In this document: piece by piece, positions 21,024 through 31,186 of the stretch | Position numbering within the stretch: position 1 is the stretch's first letter | How the letters are laid out: the number at the start of each line of letters is the position of its first letter | IMG/VR virus record: IMGVR_UViG_3300036945_000847 | Coordinates: 5,486 to 69,485 of that record | Length of the DNA stretch: 64,000 nucleotides | Source of the DNA: a virus | Reading direction: 5' to 3' (one strand) | The notes under the pieces: model-generated | What the model saw: only the letters and a program-made list of their open reading frames with translations | Databases searched by the model: none | What the model was told of the DNA's origin: nothing | Position numbers and translations under genes: made by a program

Positions 21024-24000
21024 TTATTGATTATACAAACGAGCCATTGTCCTAAACTTGACAATGAAGTTAATCAGTTTCTGTTTTGCAGAACTTGACT
21101 CAAGAGAAATTTTTACTTTCAACCATTTACCCCACAGTCGTGATGTATCTCCATTATTCAAACCGCTGATGGTAGAATCGTTTTTGATTGGGCTATACCA
21201 CAAATCCTCTCTCTTTTCGAACTCGGTTTCATCCAAATAAGAAATTTGAGTAGGTGTGGTCAAGTATACTTCAAAAGGTTGTCTATCCGTTACAAATTGT
21301 AACGCTTCGAAGTTCTTACTGACGTTTGGTTCATAGTTCATCACCGCTGTTATAGTGGCGGGGTAGTATGTTCCATAGTAAGTGGATTCTGAGCCCCTAT
21401 CATGAAGGTATAAAGTTTTTGTCAAACCAACCGTAGGATTAGGAGAAAAGAAAGTGTTTTTGTAACGCAAGTAGATATTTGGGTAGTAAGAATGAAAACA
21501 GATAAATCCATTTTTCAATTCATCATACACCAGAGTAAACTGTTTATTTGTTACTCCTTCTGTGTACTTGAATGTAAAAATAGCCTCACCATACTTATCA
21601 TTCCACACACCATTGATTCCTTTTCCGGTCAGTGGGTATTTATCATTGAGTCCAAACTTACCATTGTTTGTTAAATAACTTATCAATCCCTTATCGCTAA
21701 TTACTCTTGTACCATCTTGACCGAAACGAACAACTTTTTGACTCTGATCGTTATACCAATAGAAAGTATCTTTACCTGTTGTGGTTTTTCCTTTAACGTG
21801 GGCCCACTTGTTAAATATTCCAATTGCTGTCAACTCTTGACCTGGAGCACCCAAGATTGAGCCACTACCTACAACAACATCTGATCCTTCTTGAGAACCC
21901 AATAGAGATGCATCTCTGAAGTATTGTCTCTGTACACTAAATGGTTGCCAAGTATAAAAAGAATTGTTTATAATATCGTGATGCACAATTGGTCCAAATG
22001 TCAAATCTAAATCTACAAAATCCAAAGGTTTGAATGTTCTGTAGTTATCTTTCTGAGACCCAATCACTTTCTTAGCAGACCATGTTACACGTGAAGGTAA
22101 AGAACCATCGTATTTAACATTTGAATTATAGTTGGTTTCGATAATCGTATCATCTTTGTAATTATACGAACGACTATAGTTATTTTGATTACTTACTTCG
22201 GGCCATTGCTCCAACCAATAAAATAGTCCACTACCTATCGAACCTTCTGGAAGCGCAGTAAGTACGGGACTTCCTAAATAATCAACCCAATAATTACCAG
22301 TGGAGTTTTTATCTAAATATTGAGGGAACACATAACCTGGACCACTGAAGGAATCATCATGATCCAAGATATTGAACATCTGATAATTACCACTGTTCTG
22401 ACTATAGAAAGAAATACCATAACCCATACCCCAAAGCAAATTATTGTGAGGCATACGATGAATTGCCATGTGACTCTTCTGTATGAATGTGTCTCCACCA
22501 TAAACCGAAATGTTGTTTATTACTCCGCTTTGGCCGGGGGTCAAAAGATAATAATGGCCGGTACTTTCATAGAAACTCAATTCTTTGTTGGCGGGGTATT
22601 TTTTATTACCTCCTAAATCTCTAAAGATTTGTCCATACCACATCCCATTATCTGTTAATCCCGTATTGGTATGTGCTTTAGAACTAATTTTGAATACTTC
22701 GCTTGATGCAAGATTCGAATAAAGAGTTTGCCACGCATACGCTGCCGAAACAGTCTTCGTATTCAAAGAAGTGTTAGAACCAGTTTCTAAATGAGTATGG
22801 TGAGTAGCAAGAAAATCTGTGTAATTTTGTGTAGTAGCACCGAAGTACCCTCCATAATCTTGATACGAACTATTATTACTTCCGTTTGCGTGTCTTTGGT
22901 TTGCTCTAGAATGCCCAGAAAAAATAGCGTGCTCATATGGAGCAGCTGCCAATCTTACTTTATCGGTGCTTGCATTAAACTGATAATCAGCATTGTTAAA
23001 ATAAAAATCAGGACTATAGAAGAAGAGATAATCGGAATAGTCAGTTGCACCAGTACCTCCACAAACTGATACGAGCGAACTAGTACTACTAGTACCAATA
23101 GCTAAATTCTGAGCGGTTCCAAAAATGTAACCTGCATTATTTCTCATTAGCGGATTAGCCACACCAAGCGTTGTTCCGTTTTGAATTCCTAAGAAGGGAA
23201 CAATTGGAAAGGTAGTAGTAAATCGTCCATCTGAATGTTCAACACCAGCATAAAATATACCAGTCGCTAAAACCTCAGGAATCCTTTTACTTCTAACTAT
23301 TCTGAACCCGCTAATTAAATCACGAATTCTTTTTCCGCCAACAACAGCATTCAAATTGATATTGTTGAAATTGACATGATAATATTTGACTCTATTGTTG
23401 GATGTATCTTGCAAATTGATATCCACACCACTTACCGAAGCATCTCTTCTATTGCCGATTACATTCGTTGCAGAGCCATCAATTCTTATATCATCAATCC
23501 AATAAGGTAAACTCCACTTGTTATATTCTTTCCACTGTACTTGAATACCAAAACGATAGGTATCATTATACATATAGGAAGTGTAATCAAATGTGTTATT
23601 AGGAACTAAATACTCTCCGTACTTATGGTCTGTAAAACTATTTACCAAGTTTTGATTTTGCTCAAATGATTTACCGACACCTTCGATGTAACCTTGTTCT
23701 ATACTATGACGAATGGTCTGAGCCCAATTGGCCAAATTCAAATCTACACTCTCTGTTAAATTACTAAGTGTAATTCTATTATCAAAAACTTTTAAACTCT
23801 GAGATGTCAAATACTTTGAGGTAATTGCGACTAACTCATTGTTACTCAATATAATATTTTCTTGTCCTAGATTCGTATGTTCTACATCGATACTAGTTTG
23901 ATTTGAGGCAAGTTTGAATCTTTGAACAATTACCGCACTAAACGCAGCATCTTTATATTCAATCGCAACAAGTTCGAAATAAGTATATAAATCTGGAGTA

Positions 24001-25154
24001 ATATTTTCAATAGTCATACTGACATATTTATTTGTCGATGTACTATCTTGTTCTCCTCTGATTTCGCTAGGAGTTGTAATTTTCCTATCGTAAATATTTA
24101 TAATATTTGTTGGGTATAAGAAATCTGTAGGAGTTAAATCCTCAGTTAAAAAACGACCCGTATATCTCTTATTGCCAGAAGTTAAAAATCCACCTGTCTC
24201 CTTAACTTCAATATTGGTAAAGTAGGCTTGGGGTACCCTTGAGAAAAATGCCGATTCTTCTTCTATTGTTTCTAATTCGTATTGTCCTCCAGAAGTAAAT
24301 AAGAAAGCATCTGTAGTTGTAATGAGACTATACTTCAAATACATAGCACGTGGTTTGTTAAAACCATCGGTCCAATACAAATTTACCTCATCTCCATTTC
24401 TTTCAATCTCTGCCTCTACTCTACGATCAACTGAAAAATTTAATTTCTTACTTCTGAGCAGCCGAACATAGTTAAAAGTAACATCGTTATCTGTAGAATA
24501 TACTACACCAATCTCACTAATGCCTGTACCCGCCAACCACACAAACAAGTAATCTTGCAATTGCTGAGACCCAATCACTTTAAAACTACCACCCGTTGCA
24601 ATGTACTCATTTACCAATTTGATGGTACACAACTCAGCAGTGATATTATTTATGGTCAATACGAGATCAGTATCTAAACTCGTAGTAATATCAAAATACG
24701 CTTCTACAGAACTAGTTTCTGTATAGTTGCTATAAGTCAACAAACCACCATAGGCAGTATTTGAAAGGATATTAAAATAACTTTGCAGTGTGGCAGCATA
24801 GTTTACCAATGTAACTCCGGGAACCACTGGCATCGGAGGCGAAATAGAATGCAGAATACTTGTGAATACAGTACCCGCAGAATTCTTAAGAATTATATAT
24901 CCTTCGTTAGCAGCAACACTTCCATCTTGCACTTTCGATATATCGATATAAATTCTATATTTCTTACTCGATGATATATAATCAGGAAAAGTTAAAACAT
25001 TCGTATTTCCAATCACAGACATAACACCACCGAAATTACTACCATCAGCTTGGCGATGGCGAATATCGTTTGCATCAATGTAATTACCTTGATTGACATA
25101 TGCTGGATCGGTATCCTTATCCATGATACCCGAAGGAGTTACTCTTATCTGCAT
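21024..25154 (-). CDS. tail stabilisation / muzzle protein (crAss-like, P22 gp10 analogue)
   Basis: 1376 aa; N-terminal GIMDKD.DP..V.QGNY.DA.DIR, LYWTDGFNKPR, C-terminal FEKREDLWY..RLWGKWLKVKI. Confidence 0.75.
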   Translation of the reverse strand: MQIRVTPSGIMDKDTDPAYVNQGNYIDANDIRHRQADGSNFGGVMSVIGNTNVLTFPDYISSSKKYRIYIDISKVQDGSVAANEGYIILKNSAGTVFTSILHSISPPMPVVPGVTLVNYAATLQSYFNILSNTAYGGLLTYSNYTETSSVEAYFDITTSLDTDLVLTINNITAELCTIKLVNEYIATGGSFKVIGSQQLQDYLFVWLAGTGISEIGVVYSTDNDVTFNYVRLLRSKKLNFSVDRRVEAEIERNGDEVNLYWTDGFNKPRAMYLKYSLITTTDAFLFTSGGQYELETIEEESAFFSRVPQAYFTNIEVKETGGFLTSGNKRYTGRFLTEDLTPTDFLYPTNIINIYDRKITTPSEIRGEQDSTSTNKYVSMTIENITPDLYTYFELVAIEYKDAAFSAVIVQRFKLASNQTSIDVEHTNLGQENIILSNNELVAITSKYLTSQSLKVFDNRITLSNLTESVDLNLANWAQTIRHSIEQGYIEGVGKSFEQNQNLVNSFTDHKYGEYLVPNNTFDYTSYMYNDTYRFGIQVQWKEYNKWSLPYWIDDIRIDGSATNVIGNRRDASVSGVDINLQDTSNNRVKYYHVNFNNINLNAVVGGKRIRDLISGFRIVRSKRIPEVLATGIFYAGVEHSDGRFTTTFPIVPFLGIQNGTTLGVANPLMRNNAGYIFGTAQNLAIGTSSTSSLVSVCGGTGATDYSDYLFFYSPDFYFNNADYQFNASTDKVRLAAAPYEHAIFSGHSRANQRHANGSNNSSYQDYGGYFGATTQNYTDFLATHHTHLETGSNTSLNTKTVSAAYAWQTLYSNLASSEVFKISSKAHTNTGLTDNGMWYGQIFRDLGGNKKYPANKELSFYESTGHYYLLTPGQSGVINNISVYGGDTFIQKSHMAIHRMPHNNLLWGMGYGISFYSQNSGNYQMFNILDHDDSFSGPGYVFPQYLDKNSTGNYWVDYLGSPVLTALPEGSIGSGLFYWLEQWPEVSNQNNYSRSYNYKDDTIIETNYNSNVKYDGSLPSRVTWSAKKVIGSQKDNYRTFKPLDFVDLDLTFGPIVHHDIINNSFYTWQPFSVQRQYFRDASLLGSQEGSDVVVGSGSILGAPGQELTAIGIFNKWAHVKGKTTTGKDTFYWYNDQSQKVVRFGQDGTRVISDKGLISYLTNNGKFGLNDKYPLTGKGINGVWNDKYGEAIFTFKYTEGVTNKQFTLVYDELKNGFICFHSYYPNIYLRYKNTFFSPNPTVGLTKTLYLHDRGSESTYYGTYYPATITAVMNYEPNVSKNFEALQFVTDRQPFEVYLTTPTQISYLDETEFEKREDLWYSPIKNDSTISGLNNGDTSRLWGKWLKVKISLESSSAKQKLINFIVKFRTMARLYNQ

Positions 25155-25651
25155 TATACGTTAGCTAGTTTTTGTGTTTGATATTCCCTCTGATAGTTTT
25201 GCATTACTGCAACACCAAAATCTTTAATGTATCTACGTGTGTATTTCCATCCGATATAAGCAACCAACATACGTTCCCAATCATCGGGAACAATTAGACC
25301 GCCATCAGAATCAATATTCAATCCATAGTATCTGAAAGTAAACTTTGTACCATCGGCAATTCCGAGACCCGAATCAAAAATGATACAATCGTTTTGAATT
25401 CCATAATCGATATCAGGACACAACTTCTCTCCACTACCACACAAATACAAGCCCATGATTCTCAACCAACCTTCAGGAAGAGTAATTTTATTATCGTAAG
25501 CCTTAAGAATCACATCGATTTCTTTAAACTTGCGAGGAGTCTTATGTGTTTTAACAGCCTGGTTAATCAGAACCTCAAACCACAAGGCGTTGTTTTCATA
25601 AGAAGCATTTAATTCTTCTGATGCCGCAGCTATTACATCTTGTACTTTCAT
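25154..25651 (-). CDS. tail ring / adaptor protein
   Basis: 165 aa, ..DSDG.LIVPD....LVAYI.WKY pattern; synteny between head and muzzle genes. Confidence 0.55.
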   Translation of the reverse strand: MKVQDVIAAASEELNASYENNALWFEVLINQAVKTHKTPRKFKEIDVILKAYDNKITLPEGWLRIMGLYLCGSGEKLCPDIDYGIQNDCIIFDSGLGIADGTKFTFRYYGLNIDSDGGLIVPDDWERMLVAYIGWKYTRRYIKDFGVAVMQNYQREYQTQKLANV

Positions 25652-26286
25652 CGTGGTATATTAGTTTGGTTATCGTTATTTGGTTCAACTGGAACACGAG
25701 TTTTACGAATCAAGTCGAGAGTAATCATTTCAACAATATCTTTCTTCAAGTTCTCATCAACTGGATAGTGATCTAACTCTTTATCATAGTTAGGAATAGT
25801 TGTAGGATTATTAAACATCGCTCTGACCATAATATATGCCAAATGCTTTGCGTTGTAAAACTGCAATACATTTCTACCTTGAGTCATGTGCTTATAGTCC
25901 CACATAACCTCTGTCTTCTTCCCAAATAAAGAATGGCGTGTGAGTGTTGTAAATCCTTTACGGATGCGTACAAAGGGCTTTAAACCGTCTGAATGACCAA
26001 CGTAGATGAATCCATCTGCTTGACCATCGAGCGAAATGACATTGGGACATTCAAAAGTCTTAACTTCACACTCTTTTTCGTCTTCGCTAAAACGCATATC
26101 CAAAGTCTGTATCCAAGCATCGTTGATGAACTTACCACTCTTCATCATGTAGTTCATGATTAATGTAGCACGGGCACCATGAATTTTGTTCTCAATGTAT
26201 TCATCATCGAAACGACTATCGTTGTAAGTCATTCCACTATGTAAGTCGCTCTTAATTTCGTCTACGATTTCTTGTAAGTAAATCAT
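25648..26286 (-). CDS. tail ring / adaptor protein
   Basis: 212 aa, I...RA.LI and VRAMFNNP..YPVD patterns of crAss-like ring proteins. Confidence 0.55.
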   Translation of the reverse strand: MIYLQEIVDEIKSDLHSGMTYNDSRFDDEYIENKIHGARATLIMNYMMKSGKFINDAWIQTLDMRFSEDEKECEVKTFECPNVISLDGQADGFIYVGHSDGLKPFVRIRKGFTTLTRHSLFGKKTEVMWDYKHMTQGRNVLQFYNAKHLAYIMVRAMFNNPTTIPNYDKELDHYPVDENLKKDIVEMITLDLIRKTRVPVEPNNDNQTNIPR

Positions 26287-27068
26287 GGGTTTTCAATTAT
26301 ATCTTGTTGTGCACTCTGCTTTGTTGGATAGTCTTTTGTCTGAGCCCCAAAGTTCAATACACATTCATCCATCAAACGATACAAAAACTTCATCCCGTAA
26401 TAATCCTCGAGAATAGTTGTTGTACTCGCCACGTCAATATCTATAGGTGGTACACGCATATAGTCAATAGTACAAGTAGCGGGAGAAGGACTAACCTTAA
26501 ATCCTCTCGGAGTTGCTGTACCCGTATTCAAAGATTCAAATCTTGGAGTTGAAAAAGTAGCGCTATGGAAAGCACCATTCTTTCGATCCCCAACCATTTG
26601 CTTAGCTTCTTTGTCTACCACTTGCTTATATGTTCCCGTGGCCAAACCAGCAGTACCCAAATCAAAAGTGTCTCCTTTGACTTTGCTTACGACATAAGAA
26701 GTTACGCCTAACTTAACAGTATTTCCTTTTCTTAATTTGTGCTTTGCTGAAGTTAAAGTTGTACCACTAACCGCAGTTACAACAACATCTACTTCATATC
26801 TCACACCCATACGCATAATGTGCATATAGTTGGGAAGCAAAGTCTTAATATCGATAACACCAGCAACGGGCGTAACTGTAAAATCACGAATCATGAGACC
26901 TACCATCTCATCATCCTCACGTTCAAAGGAAAGACCACGCCAATATTTATCAGCAAGACGATACATGGATTCTTTAATGAGTCCATTCGCCTTGGCGTTA
27001 TCCAAGTATGCTGAGTAGGCTTTATCTAGTTTTTGCTGAAGATAAGTCCAAAATTGTGCACCTGTCAT
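26283..27068 (-). CDS. tail tubular / portal-adaptor ring protein
   Basis: 261 aa, N-terminal QKLDK..S, LPNYMH, IDYMRVP patterns. Confidence 0.55.
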   Translation of the reverse strand: MTGAQFWTYLQQKLDKAYSAYLDNAKANGLIKESMYRLADKYWRGLSFEREDDEMVGLMIRDFTVTPVAGVIDIKTLLPNYMHIMRMGVRYEVDVVVTAVSGTTLTSAKHKLRKGNTVKLGVTSYVVSKVKGDTFDLGTAGLATGTYKQVVDKEAKQMVGDRKNGAFHSATFSTPRFESLNTGTATPRGFKVSPSPATCTIDYMRVPPIDIDVASTTTILEDYYGMKFLYRLMDECVLNFGAQTKDYPTKQSAQQDIIENP

Positions 27069-27100
27069 TTATATCAAAGATACAAAAAAACAAGTAAAGT

Positions 27101-27123
27101 AAAAAGGGGGACCATGCCCCCTT
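27101..27123 (-). terminator. intrinsic terminator
   Basis: AAGGGGG-ACCATG-CCCCCTT hairpin with U-tract on the minus strand, after 27149..28000. Confidence 0.7.
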
Positions 27124-27148
27124 AATACAGAAATACTAAAAACTAGGT

Positions 27149-28000
27149 TTAATCTAAACCAGGCTTTCTCGCTTTACGCTTATCATTCGCACCAGTTACG
27201 GGCAAAAGATTCTTGATTTCTTCTGGCAAATCCAAAGGATCTACAGTATCAAGTTTCAAAGTTTCACTAACGTCATACTTATCTACCTCGGGCTTAATGT
27301 AGTTTTCAAACGTATCGGTGTCAGCCAAAAGCATTGCAACTACAGCATCCATTGTGGTACCTGCGTTACGACCTCCGATTTTATAAACGGGACCATCCTT
27401 TTGGATAATCTTGTAAGCCATTGCTTTGTTTGCATAAACGGTTGCAATCCTTTCGTTGGCACGAACAGAAAGATATGTTTTAACATAGTCCTTACGTGCA
27501 ATAGCGATACCATTTAGCGTCAAACCAACCAAGTGAAGGTATACCTCCATCGGAGACATTTCACGAGGATCTGAGCCCAATGCGAAAGCCAAATTCATTT
27601 GCTCTTGGAATGTCATATTTGACACTTGTCCAATACACTGCAAACGACCTAACAATTCGCTGTATTCAGTTTGAATCTTTTCTTCTTTGATTTCAAATTT
27701 GAATTGTTGAGATATCAAATTTGGATTATCATAACCATCGCTAAACACCAAAGGATGCTTTTTCCAAAACTCAATAACTGCCTGCTCTTCGAAACGCTCG
27801 CTATCAAAATTCAATGTCAAAGGAAAACCCTCTTCGAAAGTATATTGAAATACTCGATCGTTCTCATTCAACGTAGTAACAACCTTCTTACCAGAGGCCA
27901 TCAAGAACATTTCTTTGTCAGTGCTCTTGTCACGATACGAACCAACAATACTGATATTGCCTTTAGTTCTCTGTGGGATAATTAATGCTTTAATTCTCAT
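27149..28000 (-). CDS. conserved head-module protein (unknown function)
   Basis: 283 aa, own promoter and terminator, follows capsid genes as in crAss-like modules. Confidence 0.55.
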   Translation of the reverse strand: MRIKALIIPQRTKGNISIVGSYRDKSTDKEMFLMASGKKVVTTLNENDRVFQYTFEEGFPLTLNFDSERFEEQAVIEFWKKHPLVFSDGYDNPNLISQQFKFEIKEEKIQTEYSELLGRLQCIGQVSNMTFQEQMNLAFALGSDPREMSPMEVYLHLVGLTLNGIAIARKDYVKTYLSVRANERIATVYANKAMAYKIIQKDGPVYKIGGRNAGTTMDAVVAMLLADTDTFENYIKPEVDKYDVSETLKLDTVDPLDLPEEIKNLLPVTGANDKRKARKPGLD

Positions 28001-28038
28001 AACTTTTTACAAATATAAATTATTTTACTACCTAAAAC

Positions 28039-28069
28039 AAAAAAAGAGGGAGATTTTATTCCCCCTCTT
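28039..28069 (-). terminator. intrinsic terminator after capsid operon
   Basis: AAGAGGGAG..CCCCCTCTT stem plus poly-U on the minus strand. Confidence 0.7.
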
Positions 28070-28087
28070 CTTGAGATTGGTTATTTA

Positions 28088-28834
28088 TTATTTAACCAAT
28101 AAACCAGAAAGAGCAGTGATAAGAAGAGCCCAGTTACCACCAGAGTTGATGTAAAGGGTTAATTTCTCATCAGCACCACCACCCAATACGCTTTCGCCTT
28201 GGGGTTTGATTTCGAAAACCATAGCGCTGTAGGTTTGACCAGCAACAGGAAGACCTGTATCAGTGTTGAAATAGCCAGAAGCCAACAAATCAGCACCTTT
28301 GGCACCGTACTCCGGGGAACCAGCAGTAGAAACTACGGTAGCCATCAAAGGTCCACCGGCAGCACTAAAGATTGGAAAACCAGCCTTAGCAGTGATAATC
28401 AAAGTAGTAGTACCAGAAGCAACAACACGAGTACTCCAATAAGGATGGTTGTTAATAGCAGTACGGAAAGCATCACCGATAGTAGTCGCAGTACCACCTG
28501 TAGCGGCAGTAGTGTGAGTAAATACAGTTTGTACTTCATTAGGCAAGTTGTTATTAAAAGTTTGTCCTTTTTCAGCGCTCAATACAACACGGTAATCAGT
28601 GTTAGCAGCGGCAGTAGGAGTAATAGTAATAACACGCAAAACCTCAGCAGCATAAGCCTTATAGTAGCCATTTTTGATAGCGTTCAACTGGAAAGGAAAG
28701 TTTCTCAAAGCAGAAGGAAGACCAGCCAAGGCTTGAGTTCCACCCAAAGAGATAAATCCACCCTTGTTTACAGCGGTACCATCATTAGCACTAGGGTTAG
28801 CGGCTAAACAGTAATATTTTTGAGTCATTGACAT
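28088..28834 (-). CDS. auxiliary capsid / decoration protein
   Basis: 248 aa Ala/Thr/Gly-rich, directly after the MCP and before a strong terminator. Confidence 0.6.
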   Translation of the reverse strand: MSMTQKYYCLAANPSANDGTAVNKGGFISLGGTQALAGLPSALRNFPFQLNAIKNGYYKAYAAEVLRVITITPTAAANTDYRVVLSAEKGQTFNNNLPNEVQTVFTHTTAATGGTATTIGDAFRTAINNHPYWSTRVVASGTTTLIITAKAGFPIFSAAGGPLMATVVSTAGSPEYGAKGADLLASGYFNTDTGLPVAGQTYSAMVFEIKPQGESVLGGGADEKLTLYINSGGNWALLITALSGLLVK

Positions 28835-28845
28835 AGTTATAAATA

Positions 28846-30192
28846 TTAGATAGCGAATTCAATCAGACCCATTTTGTCTGCAATACAATACAAACCACAA
28901 TCAGAAAGGATGTGGAAGTCAACTCCGTCAACATCACTAGTACCCAAAGATACAGACTGACCACCGCTCAAAGCAGCTTTAACAGTTGAAGCACTACTTG
29001 ACTCCAAACCAATCATACCAGGAACGTAGTTGGCGATCAACTCGTCTTGATTGAAGTGGTATTTTTGCAAAGCAGCGATATTTCCAGAACCATCAGCAGC
29101 AGGAACAGCAGTAGTGTCGATGAAGTAAATAGAGTTACTCATACGAGGCTTACCGTTTACGCTTGACAATTCACCACGGAACATCTCGTCATCCAACAAT
29201 GCCCAACGAACGAATTCGATTTCCAAACCAGCGTAAGCATACTTCATCACGTTCAAACCGGTTACGGTAGTTCCACCCAAGGTGTTAGCAGTACCAGCAT
29301 ATTTGATGTAGTCACCCAAGATAGTTTGCAAACGAGCCATGGCAGCAGATCCCATCAAAGCAATCAACTTACGTCCACCTTCAGCAGATACACGAACCAT
29401 TTGCTCCAAGAAATCATTGAATACAGACTGAGTCAACTCAGAAGTCAAAGACAAATAAGAACCACCATTGTTGATGATTGACCAACGCAAACCACCGGTA
29501 GTGTAATACTCACCGAAAGGACCTTGCTTGATTTGACGCTCAGAGAAAGCATATTTGTACTCCAATTGCTTGGCGAACGCTTTCAAAGTCAAATCATCAT
29601 AAGACCTCCACCAGAAATCGCCATTCCACTTCACGAAAGAAGCAGTACGATCTCTACGAGATTGGTGTGAACTTTCACGAGTTACCGCAGTCAAAGCAAA
29701 GTCGGTATCAGGTGTGTAGTTCAAAGTGCTCTTACCTTGGCTAGAACGGTTAGCAGAAGCATCAAAGAAACGCTTTGCGTGTTGGTTCGCCAAAAAGTGA
29801 GATCCAGCAGTCAATGAAGTTACGCTATGAGGAGCAATAGTCAAACTATTTGCTACAGTATCAACGCTAACTACAATACCTTGAACCAAGTTACCGTCAG
29901 CAACGATGTCACTAACACGGAACTTACTTGCATCAGATACAGGAACGGTCAACATACCGCTACCAGCAGCAGTACCGTTAGATACAATTTTAGAGTAAAC
30001 ACCCAAGTTACCCAAAGAAGAAATCTCTACTTTCGGCTGTGAAGTCGAAATAGAAGAAGACAACTTAGAAGTAAGCTGAGTCAACACGTTATAACCGTAA
30101 TCTTGGCTATAAACCATTGCCATTTTGTTTGGCAAAGAAAGTCCTTTAAGCAATAAAGATTGACTTAATGGAAGATTTGAAATGGTTGACAT
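28846..30192 (-). CDS. major capsid protein
   Basis: 448 aa after portal and scaffold; TTGGLRWSI, FNDFLEQM, LMGSAAM..L HK97-fold-like segments. Confidence 0.8.
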   Translation of the reverse strand: MSTISNLPLSQSLLLKGLSLPNKMAMVYSQDYGYNVLTQLTSKLSSSISTSQPKVEISSLGNLGVYSKIVSNGTAAGSGMLTVPVSDASKFRVSDIVADGNLVQGIVVSVDTVANSLTIAPHSVTSLTAGSHFLANQHAKRFFDASANRSSQGKSTLNYTPDTDFALTAVTRESSHQSRRDRTASFVKWNGDFWWRSYDDLTLKAFAKQLEYKYAFSERQIKQGPFGEYYTTGGLRWSIINNGGSYLSLTSELTQSVFNDFLEQMVRVSAEGGRKLIALMGSAAMARLQTILGDYIKYAGTANTLGGTTVTGLNVMKYAYAGLEIEFVRWALLDDEMFRGELSSVNGKPRMSNSIYFIDTTAVPAADGSGNIAALQKYHFNQDELIANYVPGMIGLESSSASTVKAALSGGQSVSLGTSDVDGVDFHILSDCGLYCIADKMGLIEFAI

Positions 30193-30225
30193 TTTTTATC
30201 GTTTTTTTTGTTTTTGTCCCTCTTA

Positions 30226-31143
30226 TCAGCCAGGGAACATAGCTGCAAAAGCCTCTTGTGCGGCCTCAAGTCCAGAACCAACCGAACGTCCACCGCCTGT
30301 CATGTTTTTACTAGGGTTACTAACTTCTTTAATAACCTGTTCTTTACCTTCGTTGCGAGCTTTCGTAATGTTGGCTTTTACTAAGTCTTTTCCGTATTTC
30401 ATCCATAGAGATACAGAATAAACCTTTTCGATGTCGAACGATCCGTCTTCCTTTTGGAGAGTAAATTCTTCGTTAATGAATTTTTTCAAATCCTTAGACA
30501 TTTCGTCTGTAATTTTTAGTCCATAAACTTCTTTACCTACAACTTCCTTAGAAAAACTTTCCAATTCAACTTCGTATTTTTTAGCAATAGCTTCTTGAAC
30601 TTCAGTAGTTTGTTTATTATTTGAGGTCAACTGTTTCAGTTTGTCCGCATTTTTATTATCAAACTTCTGTTTAAAGTTCTCAGCCCATTGTTTCTTTTGA
30701 AAAATAGACGCAGTGTCATATTCGTAAGCTGCTTGTTCGAGTTCTTCATCGCTAAGATTCATAAACTCTTTCAAACCTTCTTTTACGATTTTCTCCTCTG
30801 TCCATTGCGAATGGTCTTCGATTTGATATTCCTTTACAAAATCAGCAAGAGTTTTACCGCTCTTTTTGTATTCTGAAAGTAATTTCAAATCATCGTCCAA
30901 TTCATATGTTGGCTTATCTTCTACAGGCTTAACTTCAGTATTTGCAACAGGTTTTTCATCTTCATCCCACCATTCTTTTGTTTGAGTTACAGCATCTGTA
31001 ATTTGATCATTAACTTCTGTCTCGGGAACTATTGGTTCAGCGGTTGTTTGTTCTTCCGCTTGTACTTCTACCGTTTCGGTAGCATTTGGAATCTGCTGGC
31101 CTCTCAGCTCATCAGCAATCTGACTCAAGAAATCTTCTGACAT
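30226..31143 (-). CDS. scaffolding-like protein
   Basis: Acidic, Glu/Lys-rich coiled coil between portal and MCP. Confidence 0.65.
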   Translation of the reverse strand: MSEDFLSQIADELRGQQIPNATETVEVQAEEQTTAEPIVPETEVNDQITDAVTQTKEWWDEDEKPVANTEVKPVEDKPTYELDDDLKLLSEYKKSGKTLADFVKEYQIEDHSQWTEEKIVKEGLKEFMNLSDEELEQAAYEYDTASIFQKKQWAENFKQKFDNKNADKLKQLTSNNKQTTEVQEAIAKKYEVELESFSKEVVGKEVYGLKITDEMSKDLKKFINEEFTLQKEDGSFDIEKVYSVSLWMKYGKDLVKANITKARNEGKEQVIKEVSNPSKNMTGGGRSVGSGLEAAQEAFAAMFPG

Positions 31144-31186
31144 ATTCTAACAAATTTAGTTTATTTTTACTATTATTACAAATTTT